From a virus (Duplodnaviria; Caudoviricetes): a DNA stretch of 54,546 nucleotides. The stretch is taken from positions 1-54,546 of the IMG/VR virus record IMGVR_UViG_3300032562_000035; one strand, given 5' to 3'. Under the pieces are notes generated by a model. That model saw nothing but the letters and a program-made list of their open reading frames with translations, did not search any database and was not told the origin of the DNA. The translations under genes and the position numbers were made by a program. How positions within the stretch are numbered: the stretch's first letter is position 1; every line of letters begins with the position of its first letter. Shown here piece after piece: positions 54,525 through 54,546 of the stretch.

Positions 54525-54546
54525 CCCCCCCCCCCCCCCCCCCCAC

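Noticed and set aside
1-54546. Genome-wide stop-codon reassignment
   Set aside because: All core genes are intact in the standard code and end in TAA, TAG or TGA; only one internal TGA was seen.

Overview
The window is an apparently complete, circularly closed ~54.4 kb genome of a short-tailed (podovirus-like) dsDNA phage; bases 1-126 are repeated at 54399-54524. It has a rightward late module (terminase, portal, scaffold, two decoration paralogues, major capsid, adaptors, nozzle, fibre/spike, GNAT, ejection proteins, holins and a Tlde1/DUF2778-type endolysin). It also has a lambdoid replication module (DUF1376 initiator with internal iterons, DnaB, SSB, RusA), a GT2-TPR glycosyltransferase plus methyltransferase pair, and leftward early genes (C5 DNA methylase, HTH, ERF, PD-(D/E)XK nuclease). 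I found no integrase, polymerase, reverse transcriptase, tRNA or CRISPR array. The most striking unexplained structure is a 3.5 kb array of small genes (45488-49039) in which almost every junction carries the hexamer TGTCCA between the upstream stop codon and the downstream RBS. This array includes gene-less units and looks like an integron-like cassette array without attC hairpins or an integrase. Other notable signals are a genome-wide 13-bp palindrome (GGCA-N5-TGCC) inside promoter spacers, an AT- and CTAG-rich early island bracketed by operator clusters and G-tracts, a dif-like site beside a RepL-like gene, and a candidate pseudoknotted sRNA. All calls come from reading motifs by eye; no searches were run.
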